A stretch of 64,000 nucleotides of DNA. It comes from Candidatus Nomurabacteria bacterium. GTDB taxonomy: Bacteria; Patescibacteriota; Minisyncoccia; Phycocordibacterales; UBA9973. Positions 1-8,766 of this stretch are shown piece after piece. How positions within the stretch are numbered: the stretch's first letter is position 1; each line of letters starts with the position of its first letter. Under the pieces are notes generated by a model that had not been told where the DNA came from, did no database searches, and worked only from the letters and a program-made list of their open reading frames with translations. Both the position numbers and the translations under genes were made by a program. Where the stretch lies: positions 3,518 through 67,517 of the forward strand of contig JARIGS010000015.1 in NCBI GenBank assembly GCA_029288725.1. The letters are read 5' to 3'.

Positions 1-1
1 C

Positions 2-559
2 GGTGCCGGCGTACTCTTTGCCACCTTTCTCCAGCAAAGCCTCAAGGATGTCATTACCAGCCCTTCCAGCCAGATTGTAGCATGGGCGGCGATTGAGGAA
101 TTGGTGAAATTCGCGGTGTTTTACCTCGTTGCCTACAACAACCCTTATAATGACGAGGCCATTGATCCGGCGATTTATATGATTGCCGTAGCCTTGGGCT
201 TTGCGGCATTGGAAAATATTTTTTACGTGCTGCAGCCAAGTATTAGTGCCAACAGTACTGCAATCCTGCTCACCGGCGGTCTACGTTTCTTCGGATCAAC
301 ATTGCTTCATACCATTTCAAGCTGCTTCATCGGTATCATGATCGGTGTGATGCCAAAAGTAGCTCGCGGTGCGGCACTTATATTCGGCATTGCCGGTGCG
401 ATATTCTTGCATGCAACGTTCAACTTCTTTATACTTAAGCATGATACTGCAAGCACGCTCCAAATTTACGGCTACTTGTGGATCGCCGCTATTATCAGTC
501 ACATAATCCTCGAGAAGCTCCGTCGTGTTCCTACGACTACAGCATTGAATCCATCATGA
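2..559 (+). CDS. prsW: PrsW-family intramembrane glutamic protease (5' truncated by window)
   Basis: Frame open from position 2; motifs EELVK, ALGFAALEN, LLH and LHATFN; hydrophobic. Confidence 0.85.
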   Translation, partial: GAGVLFATFLQQSLKDVITSPSSQIVAWAAIEELVKFAVFYLVAYNNPYNDEAIDPAIYMIAVALGFAALENIFYVLQPSISANSTAILLTGGLRFFGSTLLHTISSCFIGIMIGVMPKVARGAALIFGIAGAIFLHATFNFFILKHDTASTLQIYGYLWIAAIISHIILEKLRRVPTTTALNPS

Positions 560-1131
560 AAAAGCGATCTTTTTTTGAACGACTTGCCGGCAACCTTCGC
601 TTTAATGAAGCCGATGAAGAAGAATTTGACGAACCAGCACCAGCTCGCCAGCTTGAACGAAAGCCAGCTGCAAAAGCGCCTGCTCCTGAACCCCGCACTC
701 CGGCTGAGCCACGCCGTGAGCTAAGTATCGGCAACGCCTTTAAGGAAGAGGATATGGAAGAGCGCGAGGTCCTTACGGCACTGCACCAGCAGGAGGAGGA
801 AATCGGTCAGCTGCCTGTTGACGTCTACGAGACTCCAAAGGAAGTGATCATCCAGACCCTTATTGCCGGCGTTCTCCCTGAACACCTTACGATTGACATT
901 ACTCGTGATACCGTTTCTATTTCTGGAAAGCGCGAGGAAAACAAGTCCATCACCCAAGACAGTTATCATGTTCAGGAATTGTACTGGGGCTCATTTGAAC
1001 GCATTGTTGACCTTCCCTGCGAAGTCGAAATCGACAATGCCGAAGCAATCGAACGCCATGGCCTGCTCATGATCAAACTACCGAAGCTTGATAAAGGACG
1101 CAAGACGGCACTGAAAATTAAGTCAATCTAA
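556..1131 (+). CDS. Hsp20/alpha-crystallin small heat shock protein with acidic N-terminal extension
   Basis: PVDVYET, ELYWGSFERIVDLP, GLLMIKLPK; ATG 556 overlaps the upstream TGA (ATGA). Confidence 0.9.
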   Translation: MKKRSFFERLAGNLRFNEADEEEFDEPAPARQLERKPAAKAPAPEPRTPAEPRRELSIGNAFKEEDMEEREVLTALHQQEEEIGQLPVDVYETPKEVIIQTLIAGVLPEHLTIDITRDTVSISGKREENKSITQDSYHVQELYWGSFERIVDLPCEVEIDNAEAIERHGLLMIKLPKLDKGRKTALKIKSI

Positions 1132-1141
1132 CGATACTCAC

Positions 1142-1173
1142 AAAAAGGCCTTCCCATATGGGAAGGCCTTTTT
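1142..1173. terminator. Bidirectional intrinsic terminator
   Basis: aaaaaggccttccc-atat-gggaaggccttttt between convergent hsp20 and tRNA-Phe. Confidence 0.85.
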
Positions 1174-1202
1174 GTTACGTCGCAGACACTAACGTAGTGA
1201 AG

Positions 1203-1275
1203 TGCTCAGGACCAGACTTGAACTGGTGACATCTCCCTCTTCAGGGGAGCGCTCTACCAACTGAGCTACCTGAGC
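1203..1275 (-). tRNA. tRNA-Phe(GAA), CCA not encoded
   Basis: Reverse complement GCTCAGGTAGCTCAGTTGGTAGAGCGCTCCCCTGAAGAGGGAGATGTCACCAGTTCAAGTCTGGTCCTGAGCA folds into a cloverleaf with anticodon GAA. Confidence 0.95.
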
Positions 1276-1382
1276 AAGCGAGTGGCCTGTTTGAATACTG
1301 AATTCAAACAAGGTCCGAGCGCAGCTCAGGAAAGATTTCTTACCTGAGCAAGTGCTTATTTGTGCCATCTAAGGCTCCTATT

Positions 1383-1410
1383 TTATACACGAAAATGGCC
1401 CTAAAATCAA
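1383..1410 (-). promoter_or_regulatory. Sigma70-like promoter for tRNA-Phe precursor
   Basis: TTGATT-17 nt-TATAAA with TG just upstream of the -10. Confidence 0.5.
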
Positions 1411-1452
1411 CCTTATTTAGTAATTTTTATTTTCAATAATATAATAACCCTT

Positions 1453-1974
1453 ATGAGCAACAATTGCCTTAATTGTAATATTGAAACCTCAAATCCTAAG
1501 TTTTGTAGTCGCTCTTGTTCTGCAAAATACACCAATAAAATACCTAAGCGAAAACGATCCTTAGCAAGCACGTGTAGCTGTGGCAGTTGGAAAAACAGTA
1601 GCCACGCTCAATGCAGAACATGCTTCCAATCACGTAATAAATCAGCAACAATTACTGATTGGATATATAGAAATTCCTCTGTTCCTCAAAGTCTCTATGG
1701 CAGAATTCGATTAAATGCCAGGCGGGTAACTAGAAAATTACCTAAAGTATGCTCAATATGCGGCTATAACAAACATGTTCAAGTCGCTCACATAAAGCCT
1801 ATCAGCAAGTTTACCGGCACAACTTTAATATCAGAGGTCAATGATCTTAGAAATCTTTCCTTTTTATGCCCCAACCATCATTGGGAATTTGATCACGGAT
1901 TACTTACTGAGATAAAATCTCTGGATAACTGTATTGTACCCACAGAAGGAATTGCACCTTCGTCTAATCCTTAG
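1453..1974 (+). CDS. HNH endonuclease with N-terminal Cys-rich zinc-binding motifs
   Basis: CLNC..KFCSRSC, CSCG..CRTC, CSICGY..VAHIKP..NLSFLCPNHHWEFDHG; AT-rich. Confidence 0.85.
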   Translation: MSNNCLNCNIETSNPKFCSRSCSAKYTNKIPKRKRSLASTCSCGSWKNSSHAQCRTCFQSRNKSATITDWIYRNSSVPQSLYGRIRLNARRVTRKLPKVCSICGYNKHVQVAHIKPISKFTGTTLISEVNDLRNLSFLCPNHHWEFDHGLLTEIKSLDNCIVPTEGIAPSSNP

Positions 1975-2008
1975 GACGGATTTGTTCTATCTGCTGAACT
2001 ATGCGGGC
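1937..2008 (-). tRNA. tRNA-Arg(CCT)
   Basis: Reverse complement GCCCGCATAGTTCAGCAGATAGAACAAATCCGTCCTAAGGATTAGACGAAGGTGCAATTCCTTCTGTGGGTA; anticodon arm AATCC-GTCCTAA-GGATT; variant T-loop TGCAATT. Confidence 0.85.
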
Positions 2009-2022
2009 AAACGTAACTAGTG

Positions 2023-2280
2023 TTACGCGGCCATTGGCATTGCGTTTTCGGATGCAAGCAATTCGGCAACCTTATTTTCCTGGAAGCCAACCATGGCAGT
2101 ATCACCGATCACGATAACCGGTACGCCGAGCTGATGGGTCATATCGATCATTTCCTGACGCTTTTCCATATCAGTACCTACGTTGTATTCAACATACGGT
2201 ACGTTATGGGCCTTAAAATACTCCTTCGCAAGATTGCAATAATGGCATGTACTGGTGCTGTAAATTGTTACTTCTTTCAT
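2023..2280 (-). CDS. Glutaredoxin/NrdH-like redoxin
   Basis: YSTSTCHYC, GVPVIVIG, VGFQ; start moved to ATG 2280. Confidence 0.9.
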   Translation of the reverse strand: MKEVTIYSTSTCHYCNLAKEYFKAHNVPYVEYNVGTDMEKRQEMIDMTHQLGVPVIVIGDTAMVGFQENKVAELLASENAMPMAA

Positions 2281-2309
2281 ATGTATATAGTGTAGCACAC
2301 CAGTCAAAT

Positions 2310-2708
2310 TTAATTTTTACGGATGCCCAACCCTCGAAGCAGTTCATCCCACCAGTGGGCCACCCCTGAAGGCGCTGGCTGGTCATTTTGGGTGCTTGTA
2401 TCGGGTGTCACGACAATAATCTGCTCCCCTGGCTTGATATAGTTGTAGCGCTCGCGTAGCGATTCCTCCGTGCCCTCGGGCGTTGCCAGATAGGCATTCG
2501 TACTACTCAATGTTGCCTCTTTTTGGCTCAGGGTTGCCTGTTCCTCCTTTAATTCCTTACTGCGGGTACGAATGGCAAAATACTTCTGGGCCAGACCTAC
2601 TACCGACGTCAGGAGCAGGAAAAAAACTACCAAGGCAACCGCTGCTCCAATCAGGCGTTTCGGGGATATGCGGGCATTCATAGATGGTGAAAATTGCTTT
2701 TTTGCCAT
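2310..2708 (-). CDS. Septum formation initiator (FtsB/DivIC-like)
   Basis: Single TM, coiled coil, then E..LRERYNYIKPGEQIIVV. Confidence 0.75.
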   Translation of the reverse strand: MAKKQFSPSMNARISPKRLIGAAVALVVFFLLLTSVVGLAQKYFAIRTRSKELKEEQATLSQKEATLSSTNAYLATPEGTEESLRERYNYIKPGEQIIVVTPDTSTQNDQPAPSGVAHWWDELLRGLGIRKN

Positions 2709-2728
2709 AGCGTGGTAGCATAGGATTT

Positions 2729-2836
2729 ATGCTATTCAATCATAACAGAAAAAAGGTGGATTTGGCATGGAAAATCTTTTCCATCCTCATGATCTTGGGC
2801 ATGCTGCTGTTCACCGTTCTCCCCCTCCTTCGATAA
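2729..2836 (+). CDS. 35-aa single-pass membrane peptide (not in ORF track)
   Basis: MLFNHNRKKVDLAWKIFSILMILGMLLFTVLPLLR; TGG-TAGCAT -10 element 7 nt upstream. Confidence 0.6.
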   Translation: MLFNHNRKKVDLAWKIFSILMILGMLLFTVLPLLR

Positions 2837-2860
2837 TCACCTAAGGAGGTTTCCTGGTGG

Positions 2861-4666
2861 CTAGTCGCCCTGCTTCATTACCTTGATAAAGACATCGTGC
2901 GGGATGTTCACGTTTGCGTGCTCTCGCATTTTCTTTTTACCCTTCTTTTGCTTTTCGAGCAGCTTCAGCTTACGGGAATAGTCGCCGCCATACAGGTGTC
3001 CGGTTACATCCTTGCGAAAGGCTTTCATCGTGCGTGAGGAAATGATCTTGCCCAATGCCTTGGCCTGAATCTTCATCACGACCTGCTGACGTGGCATAAG
3101 CTTTTCGAGGCGCTCAACGAATTCTTCGGCATCTTCCTGTAAACGTCTTCGAGAAATAATGCGGGTAAATGCCGGCTGCAATTCATCACCGATAATGATG
3201 TCCATGCGAACGACATCCGCTTCTTTCAACTCACCCTGCTCATAGGCAATGGAAGCATAGCCTGAAGTGATGCTTTTCAAGCCGTCAAAGAATCCGCGCA
3301 TCAGTTCGCGCAACGGCATCGTTGCCGAGAGCTTTACACGGTCATCACCAAACTGCTGGATATCGTCCACTGTTGCCTCATGCTCGTACATAAATGGCAT
3401 AAGCGTACCGACATACGTCTCTGGTGTAATGATCGAGATATTCACCCATGGCTCATAAACTTTTACAATGCTACCGTCATCAGGAAAGAGGTGCGGTGAA
3501 TATACCACGAGGCGGCCGTTAGGTCCTGAGCCTGCCGAAGGATTGCGTGTCTCTATTTCATAGGTCACTGACGGCATGGTGACAATAAGCTCAAGATTGA
3601 ATTCGCGTCGCAAGCGTTCGGTAATGATTTCAAGATGGAGCATGCCAAGGAAACCGCAGCGGTAGCCACGACCCAATGCTCCTGAGACTTCTTCCTCAAA
3701 GGTAAAAGCGGAGTCGGACAAACGCAGGCGACCCAATGCCATGCGAAGCTCGTCAAAGTCATCGGGGCTTTCTGGATAAATAGAAGCCCAGACAACAGGG
3801 CGGGGCTGACTGTAGCCAGGCAATGCTGGCGCACCATTCTTTGCACTGATGATAGTGTCACCAACAGAAGCGATACCAGGCTGCTTGATACCGGTCACAA
3901 TATAGCCGATGGTGCCTGCCTCCAATGCATCCTGTGGCGTCGCCTCAGGGGCAAAAATACCGACTTCCAGAGCCTGAAATTGCTGCGTGCTGGCTGCAAA
4001 TGACAGTGTATCCCCCTTGGCAATACGACCACCAAACATGCGGACAAAGACGATGACGCCCTTGTGATTGGAGTAACTGAAGTCAAAGACCAGTGCCTGA
4101 GTCTTTTGGCTGATTTCTTCGGCTCGTGGGGCGGGAATGCGCTCAATGATTGCCTCAAGCAATTCCTTCACGCCCTCCCCCGTCTTGCCGGAAACTTTTA
4201 AGACATCCTTTTCATCACAGCCGATCAATGCACAGATTTCCAATGTTGTTTCCTCAATGCGTGACAATGGCGAATCAACCTTGGTCAGACAAGGAATGAT
4301 TACCAGCCCTGATTCGCGCGCCATTGCCAATGTCGTCAGTGTTTGCGCCTGCACACCCTGAGTTGAATCAACCAGCAACAATGAACCTTCAACGGCCTTC
4401 AATGCACGAGAGACTTCGTATGAGAAGTCAATGTGACCCGGAGTATCGATAAGGTTAAGCATGTGTCCCTGCCACAGCATCCGAACCGGCTGCATCTTGA
4501 TCGTAATACCACGCTCGCGCTCAAGCTCCATGCTATCAAGGACCTGGTCGCGCATTTTGCGGGCCTCAATCGTGCCGGTGACCTCGAGCATACGGTCAGC
4601 CAGGGTGCTTTTGCCGTGGTCAATATGGGCAATAATGCTGAAATTTCTAATGTTTTTGAGCTCCAT
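2861..4666 (-). CDS. lepA: Elongation factor 4
   Basis: IRNFSIIAHIDHGKSTLADR, DTPGH, GFLGMLHLEI, RKDVTGHLYGGD. Confidence 0.98.
   Translation of the reverse strand: MELKNIRNFSIIAHIDHGKSTLADRMLEVTGTIEARKMRDQVLDSMELERERGITIKMQPVRMLWQGHMLNLIDTPGHIDFSYEVSRALKAVEGSLLLVDSTQGVQAQTLTTLAMARESGLVIIPCLTKVDSPLSRIEETTLEICALIGCDEKDVLKVSGKTGEGVKELLEAIIERIPAPRAEEISQKTQALVFDFSYSNHKGVIVFVRMFGGRIAKGDTLSFAASTQQFQALEVGIFAPEATPQDALEAGTIGYIVTGIKQPGIASVGDTIISAKNGAPALPGYSQPRPVVWASIYPESPDDFDELRMALGRLRLSDSAFTFEEEVSGALGRGYRCGFLGMLHLEIITERLRREFNLELIVTMPSVTYEIETRNPSAGSGPNGRLVVYSPHLFPDDGSIVKVYEPWVNISIITPETYVGTLMPFMYEHEATVDDIQQFGDDRVKLSATMPLRELMRGFFDGLKSITSGYASIAYEQGELKEADVVRMDIIIGDELQPAFTRIISRRRLQEDAEEFVERLEKLMPRQQVVMKIQAKALGKIISSRTMKAFRKDVTGHLYGGDYSRKLKLLEKQKKGKKKMREHANVNIPHDVFIKVMKQGD
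3523..3542. repeat. Family A palindromic element in frame in lepA (NPSAGSG)
   Basis: gtcctgagcctgccgaagga; near-identical to 11277-11296 and to the reverse complement of 56774-56793. Confidence 0.75.
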
Positions 4667-4709
4667 GTGGCATGACTATAGCACAGATAGTGCTATTTTT
4701 AAACGCGTA

Positions 4710-6413
4710 TTACAGCTCCTGCTGTTCCTGGACCACCAATGGCTTTTGCTTCCAAAAACGCGAACGGGCGGTCTCGATGAACATCAGAATGTCCTCATTG
4801 CGCAATGCACGAAGGACAATGCCGTACATGGCCAAGCCAGTCATGGTGGCAACCACTGCTTGGAGCAAGACCCCGACAAAACGGGCTTGGTTCACGCTTG
4901 TACCGACAAAAGAAAGCGTAACATAGGCAACGGTAGCACTGATGATGCCAGCTCCGATCATATGAAGGATCGTCCGCAAGAGCACTCGGTCATCAGTCTT
5001 GGTGACCGGCATCTTTTTCTTGAAGGCATGCCATAGGGCAATTGCATTGATGGTTTCGCCAATGGAGAATCCCAGCGGCAAGAGTACGACTGAGGCGCCG
5101 AGTGTGCCGTCAATGCGCATCAGGTCATTGAGGAACATCGCAAAGAAAGGCAGATCGTGATATGCAAACAAAAGTGCGACCACCGAACCGATCGTGACAA
5201 TCGTCGACCAGCTATTGATCACCAATGGCGTCTTGGTGTCACCGATGGCAAAGAATGCCCGCACCATAAGGAGCTCCATGCACTGTGCCACGATTGAGAG
5301 GGCAAAGAGCGCGACCGAAGCGGCAACCAATCGCGTGTCGTTCCAGGAGAAGACACCAGCACCAAGAAGAAGACGGACAATGTGCGCTCGCAGCACAATG
5401 ATCAAAAGCGATGCTGGGATGCACATGAAAAATATATTGCGGGTGGTGCGATAGAGCACGTTCAGCAGCTCCTTCTTGTCCCCTGCCGCATACATGCGAG
5501 TCATGGTCGGAAACGCTGCTACCGCATACGAAACACCAATGATAAGTAGCGGGGTGTTTTCGATATTGTATGAAAATTGAAAGATTGAGATTGAACCGGC
5601 AGCAAGCAGTGAGGCCATCGCGCCAATAATGATAAAGGTGATGTTGTTTAGTGACGAACTCAGGGTTCGTGGCAATGACAGTGTCATAACCCGTTTGATG
5701 ATTGGCCAGTCAATGTCGAGCTTGAAATGCGGAATCTTGCCCAACTTAATAAGGGTAGGAACCTGTACGCCAAAATACAATACCGCTCCCACTGCCACGC
5801 CGATTACGATCCCGACTGTACCTAGCATTGGACGCAAGAAGATGATGCCGAGCAATATGCCGAGGTTATACATCAATGGCGCAATGGCAAAGGCAAAGAA
5901 CTTCTTTTGGACTTGGGCAAATGAGCTGAGCAATGAAGCCAACCCAAAGAGAAATGGCGAGATCAGCATGATGCGAGCATAGAGCACCAGATGCACATGT
6001 TCCATTCCACTGAATCCGGGAGCAACGATTCGTGTCAGCCACGGCATCAAGATGAACGCTACCAGTGACAATGCCACCATACCAAGCATGTAGACACTGA
6101 ATATGCTGTCGAGAAATCGCTTGAAGGCACCATTGTGACCATCCTGCTTTTCCTGCTCGACATATTGCGCAATAAATGGAATCAGCACCGTCACGGAGAA
6201 CAGCACGCCAAACGAATTGTACATGAAGTCCGGAATGCGAAAGGCGGCATAGTACGTATCAAGGTTGGCGGAAGGGCCAACAAGTGATGCGAGCAAGTGG
6301 TCACGCAATAGCCCAAAGACTTGCGAGAGGAAGGAAAAAACAGCAAGAACCAGGGCGGCCTGGTTCATGGTGAAAAGGTCACGGTTCAGAAATTTTATTA
6401 TTTTCGAGACCAT
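4710..6413 (-). CDS. murJ: Lipid II flippase MurJ/MviN
   Basis: LSQVFGLLRD, YYAAFRIPD, RAFFAIGDTKTP; multi-TM. Confidence 0.92.
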   Translation of the reverse strand: MVSKIIKFLNRDLFTMNQAALVLAVFSFLSQVFGLLRDHLLASLVGPSANLDTYYAAFRIPDFMYNSFGVLFSVTVLIPFIAQYVEQEKQDGHNGAFKRFLDSIFSVYMLGMVALSLVAFILMPWLTRIVAPGFSGMEHVHLVLYARIMLISPFLFGLASLLSSFAQVQKKFFAFAIAPLMYNLGILLGIIFLRPMLGTVGIVIGVAVGAVLYFGVQVPTLIKLGKIPHFKLDIDWPIIKRVMTLSLPRTLSSSLNNITFIIIGAMASLLAAGSISIFQFSYNIENTPLLIIGVSYAVAAFPTMTRMYAAGDKKELLNVLYRTTRNIFFMCIPASLLIIVLRAHIVRLLLGAGVFSWNDTRLVAASVALFALSIVAQCMELLMVRAFFAIGDTKTPLVINSWSTIVTIGSVVALLFAYHDLPFFAMFLNDLMRIDGTLGASVVLLPLGFSIGETINAIALWHAFKKKMPVTKTDDRVLLRTILHMIGAGIISATVAYVTLSFVGTSVNQARFVGVLLQAVVATMTGLAMYGIVLRALRNEDILMFIETARSRFWKQKPLVVQEQQEL

Positions 6414-6422
6414 GGAGTGCGA

Positions 6423-8759
6423 TTATTTTTTCTTGGTAGTAGTGGTTTGCGTTGTCGTTGTAGTAGGAGCGGGCGTACTGCTATTTTGAATGCGCTGGAT
6501 CTGTTCATCAACGCCAGTTACTTTCGGGAATTTCTTTTGGAAATCCTGAAGAGCGGCAATGGCCTGGGTCTTCTGGCCAGCAGCCTCTAGGACACTGATG
6601 TACTGGAGGTAATTATTTGGATTGGTCGGATTGAGATCACGGGCACGAGCATAGGCATTGATGGCATCAGTGTAATCCTTCTGCTGGAGATAGGTCTGTC
6701 CGAGCAAGAGATATCCCTGATCATCATAAGGAGCATACTGAGTGTAGACCGTAAGCTCACGAACAGCGGCATTGGTATCGCCGTTAGACTGCTCAATCTG
6801 AGCCTTCAGTGCATAGGCATCGAGATAATCCGACTTGAGACCAAGGGCCTGAGCAATATAGTTCAAGGCTGTACCGGTGTCCTGCTTGGTCAATGCCAAC
6901 TGGGCCTGATTCAAGAGGAAGACTGGATTGTTTGGATTACGCTTCCCTGCCTCATCAGCGGCGGTCTTGGCATTGTCGAAGGCCTGGGTATTCTGACTGC
7001 CAGCAACAAGCTGGTATACCTGACTAAGGGTGAGCCAGTTATTGGCACTGTTGGAATCCCATGCTACTGCAGCCTGCGCGCTTTGTTCGGCCTGAGAGAA
7101 ATCAGTCTGCAACTGGCTCTTGTCAGGATTCTGCTGACCGGCCAAGGAAGTGAATTCTGACGTAAACAAGGCAGCGCGAGTGCGATAGTAGATGTCATTT
7201 GGAGAAAGGGCGATGGCCTTATCAAGACGAGCCTGAGCAGTGTATTGATCAGTTGCCGCAATAGCTCTATTGTAATAGATCACGCCAGCAAATCGGTTAC
7301 CACTGAAATACACGGCAGAGAATCCGGCCATGGCTGCAACAACGATGATGAGGATGGCAAAGAAACTAGTGCGAGGATCTTTCAGGTAATTGACTGAGGC
7401 TAACTGGGTACGACCAACCAAGGTAGAAACTCCGAGAAGCATACCGAGATACATGAAGCCAATCACGATCAATACCATGCCTGGAGAGGCAAATACCATC
7501 AGTGCCACAAAAGCCGTAAGCATAATGACAGCAGCAACGGCAATGAAGCGACTGAAGCGGTCTGGGAATTGGTAGTTAAAGAGCTTGAAGCCGTGTATCA
7601 GTGCAATGACGAGCAATGCTACCAGGAAGAGCACCGGCAGGATACCGTTGGTAGTAAAGAGCGATTGGAGATAGCTAAAGCCGGTATCAAATGAAGTATT
7701 CCAAAATACGGTTTGATTGATCGCTGCAGGGTGATACAGATTCCACATGTCGGCATAGCGGCCTGCACCAGCACCAAAGATCGGATCATGAGCAAGGGTT
7801 GCGCGCATGACATGGGTAGTCGTAGAGAAGGAAGGACGAATGTCGGTAAACGATATGCCGGCATACTGAGCCAAACTTGCACCGATAGAAGCGCTACTGA
7901 GGAAGAAAAAGAGGCCAACGAGTAGTGCGATGAATGAAGCGAGCGGGAAACGCTGGGTCTGCGGTTCCATGACTTCTTCCTGTTCATCAGCATGTTTTGG
8001 GAATTTCTTGATCAATGAGCGTTCAACGGAAGACTTGTAGACAAATACCATCAATGCAGCTACGGCCGTAATGATCCACGCTACGCCGAAGTTCAAAAAT
8101 ACCAATACCAATAAACACAGAGCGATTGCAATTAGTGAAAGCAAGCGGAAGAAGCCTTTTGGCATCAGTACTTCGAACATCAGCAATGCCAAGAGGAACG
8201 TAAAGATAACGAAGTAGGCAAAATCAACCCATGAACCAACCAATGTTCCCTGAGTAGTAACGTGTGCCAAATAAGTAGAAACGAAATGAGTGCGCTGGGT
8301 CAAAAACAATACAACCTGTAAGAACACAGTGGTTACTGAGCCGGCAAATGCGGCGAGGAAGAGCTGTACCAAACGACGCTGATCACGGGCAAATGACGCA
8401 ACAAGGAACGTAAAGAGTCCCAACACCAATACGGTCGCAAATGAGTCAACGGCAAAGCCGCGTCCCCATAATGATACTGACGTGTTGACTGAAGTCAGTG
8501 CACCGACAAACGTCAGTAGCACCCACAAGCCAAGGGCCAGAAAGGCGCGATGCTTCGGTATCTGAAACGTGCCGTCAAGAAACTGAGCCACCAGCCAAAA
8601 TGAGAATGCAAGGAAGACTGCGATATAGAATACTACCGCCTTGGCAGCACCGGTACCACTTAAGGTAGCGGGGAGAAAGAAGAATGGCAGGAGCACGCAC
8701 AATCCAGTAATAATACTAAATGAAATAATGTTAAATCGGCGAATGGTGTTTTGATACAT
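6423..8759 (-). CDS. O-antigen ligase-like polytopic membrane protein with C-terminal TPRs
   Basis: About 12 TM segments, PIFGAGAGRY loop motif, helical TPR-like C-terminus. Confidence 0.7.
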   Translation of the reverse strand: MYQNTIRRFNIISFSIITGLCVLLPFFFLPATLSGTGAAKAVVFYIAVFLAFSFWLVAQFLDGTFQIPKHRAFLALGLWVLLTFVGALTSVNTSVSLWGRGFAVDSFATVLVLGLFTFLVASFARDQRRLVQLFLAAFAGSVTTVFLQVVLFLTQRTHFVSTYLAHVTTQGTLVGSWVDFAYFVIFTFLLALLMFEVLMPKGFFRLLSLIAIALCLLVLVFLNFGVAWIITAVAALMVFVYKSSVERSLIKKFPKHADEQEEVMEPQTQRFPLASFIALLVGLFFFLSSASIGASLAQYAGISFTDIRPSFSTTTHVMRATLAHDPIFGAGAGRYADMWNLYHPAAINQTVFWNTSFDTGFSYLQSLFTTNGILPVLFLVALLVIALIHGFKLFNYQFPDRFSRFIAVAAVIMLTAFVALMVFASPGMVLIVIGFMYLGMLLGVSTLVGRTQLASVNYLKDPRTSFFAILIIVVAAMAGFSAVYFSGNRFAGVIYYNRAIAATDQYTAQARLDKAIALSPNDIYYRTRAALFTSEFTSLAGQQNPDKSQLQTDFSQAEQSAQAAVAWDSNSANNWLTLSQVYQLVAGSQNTQAFDNAKTAADEAGKRNPNNPVFLLNQAQLALTKQDTGTALNYIAQALGLKSDYLDAYALKAQIEQSNGDTNAAVRELTVYTQYAPYDDQGYLLLGQTYLQQKDYTDAINAYARARDLNPTNPNNYLQYISVLEAAGQKTQAIAALQDFQKKFPKVTGVDEQIQRIQNSSTPAPTTTTTQTTTTKKK

Positions 8760-8766
8760 AATGAAT

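Noticed and set aside
1276-1936. Group I intron or att-bounded island around the HNH gene
   Set aside because: Both tRNAs are contiguous and I found no duplicate of the tRNA-Arg 3' end
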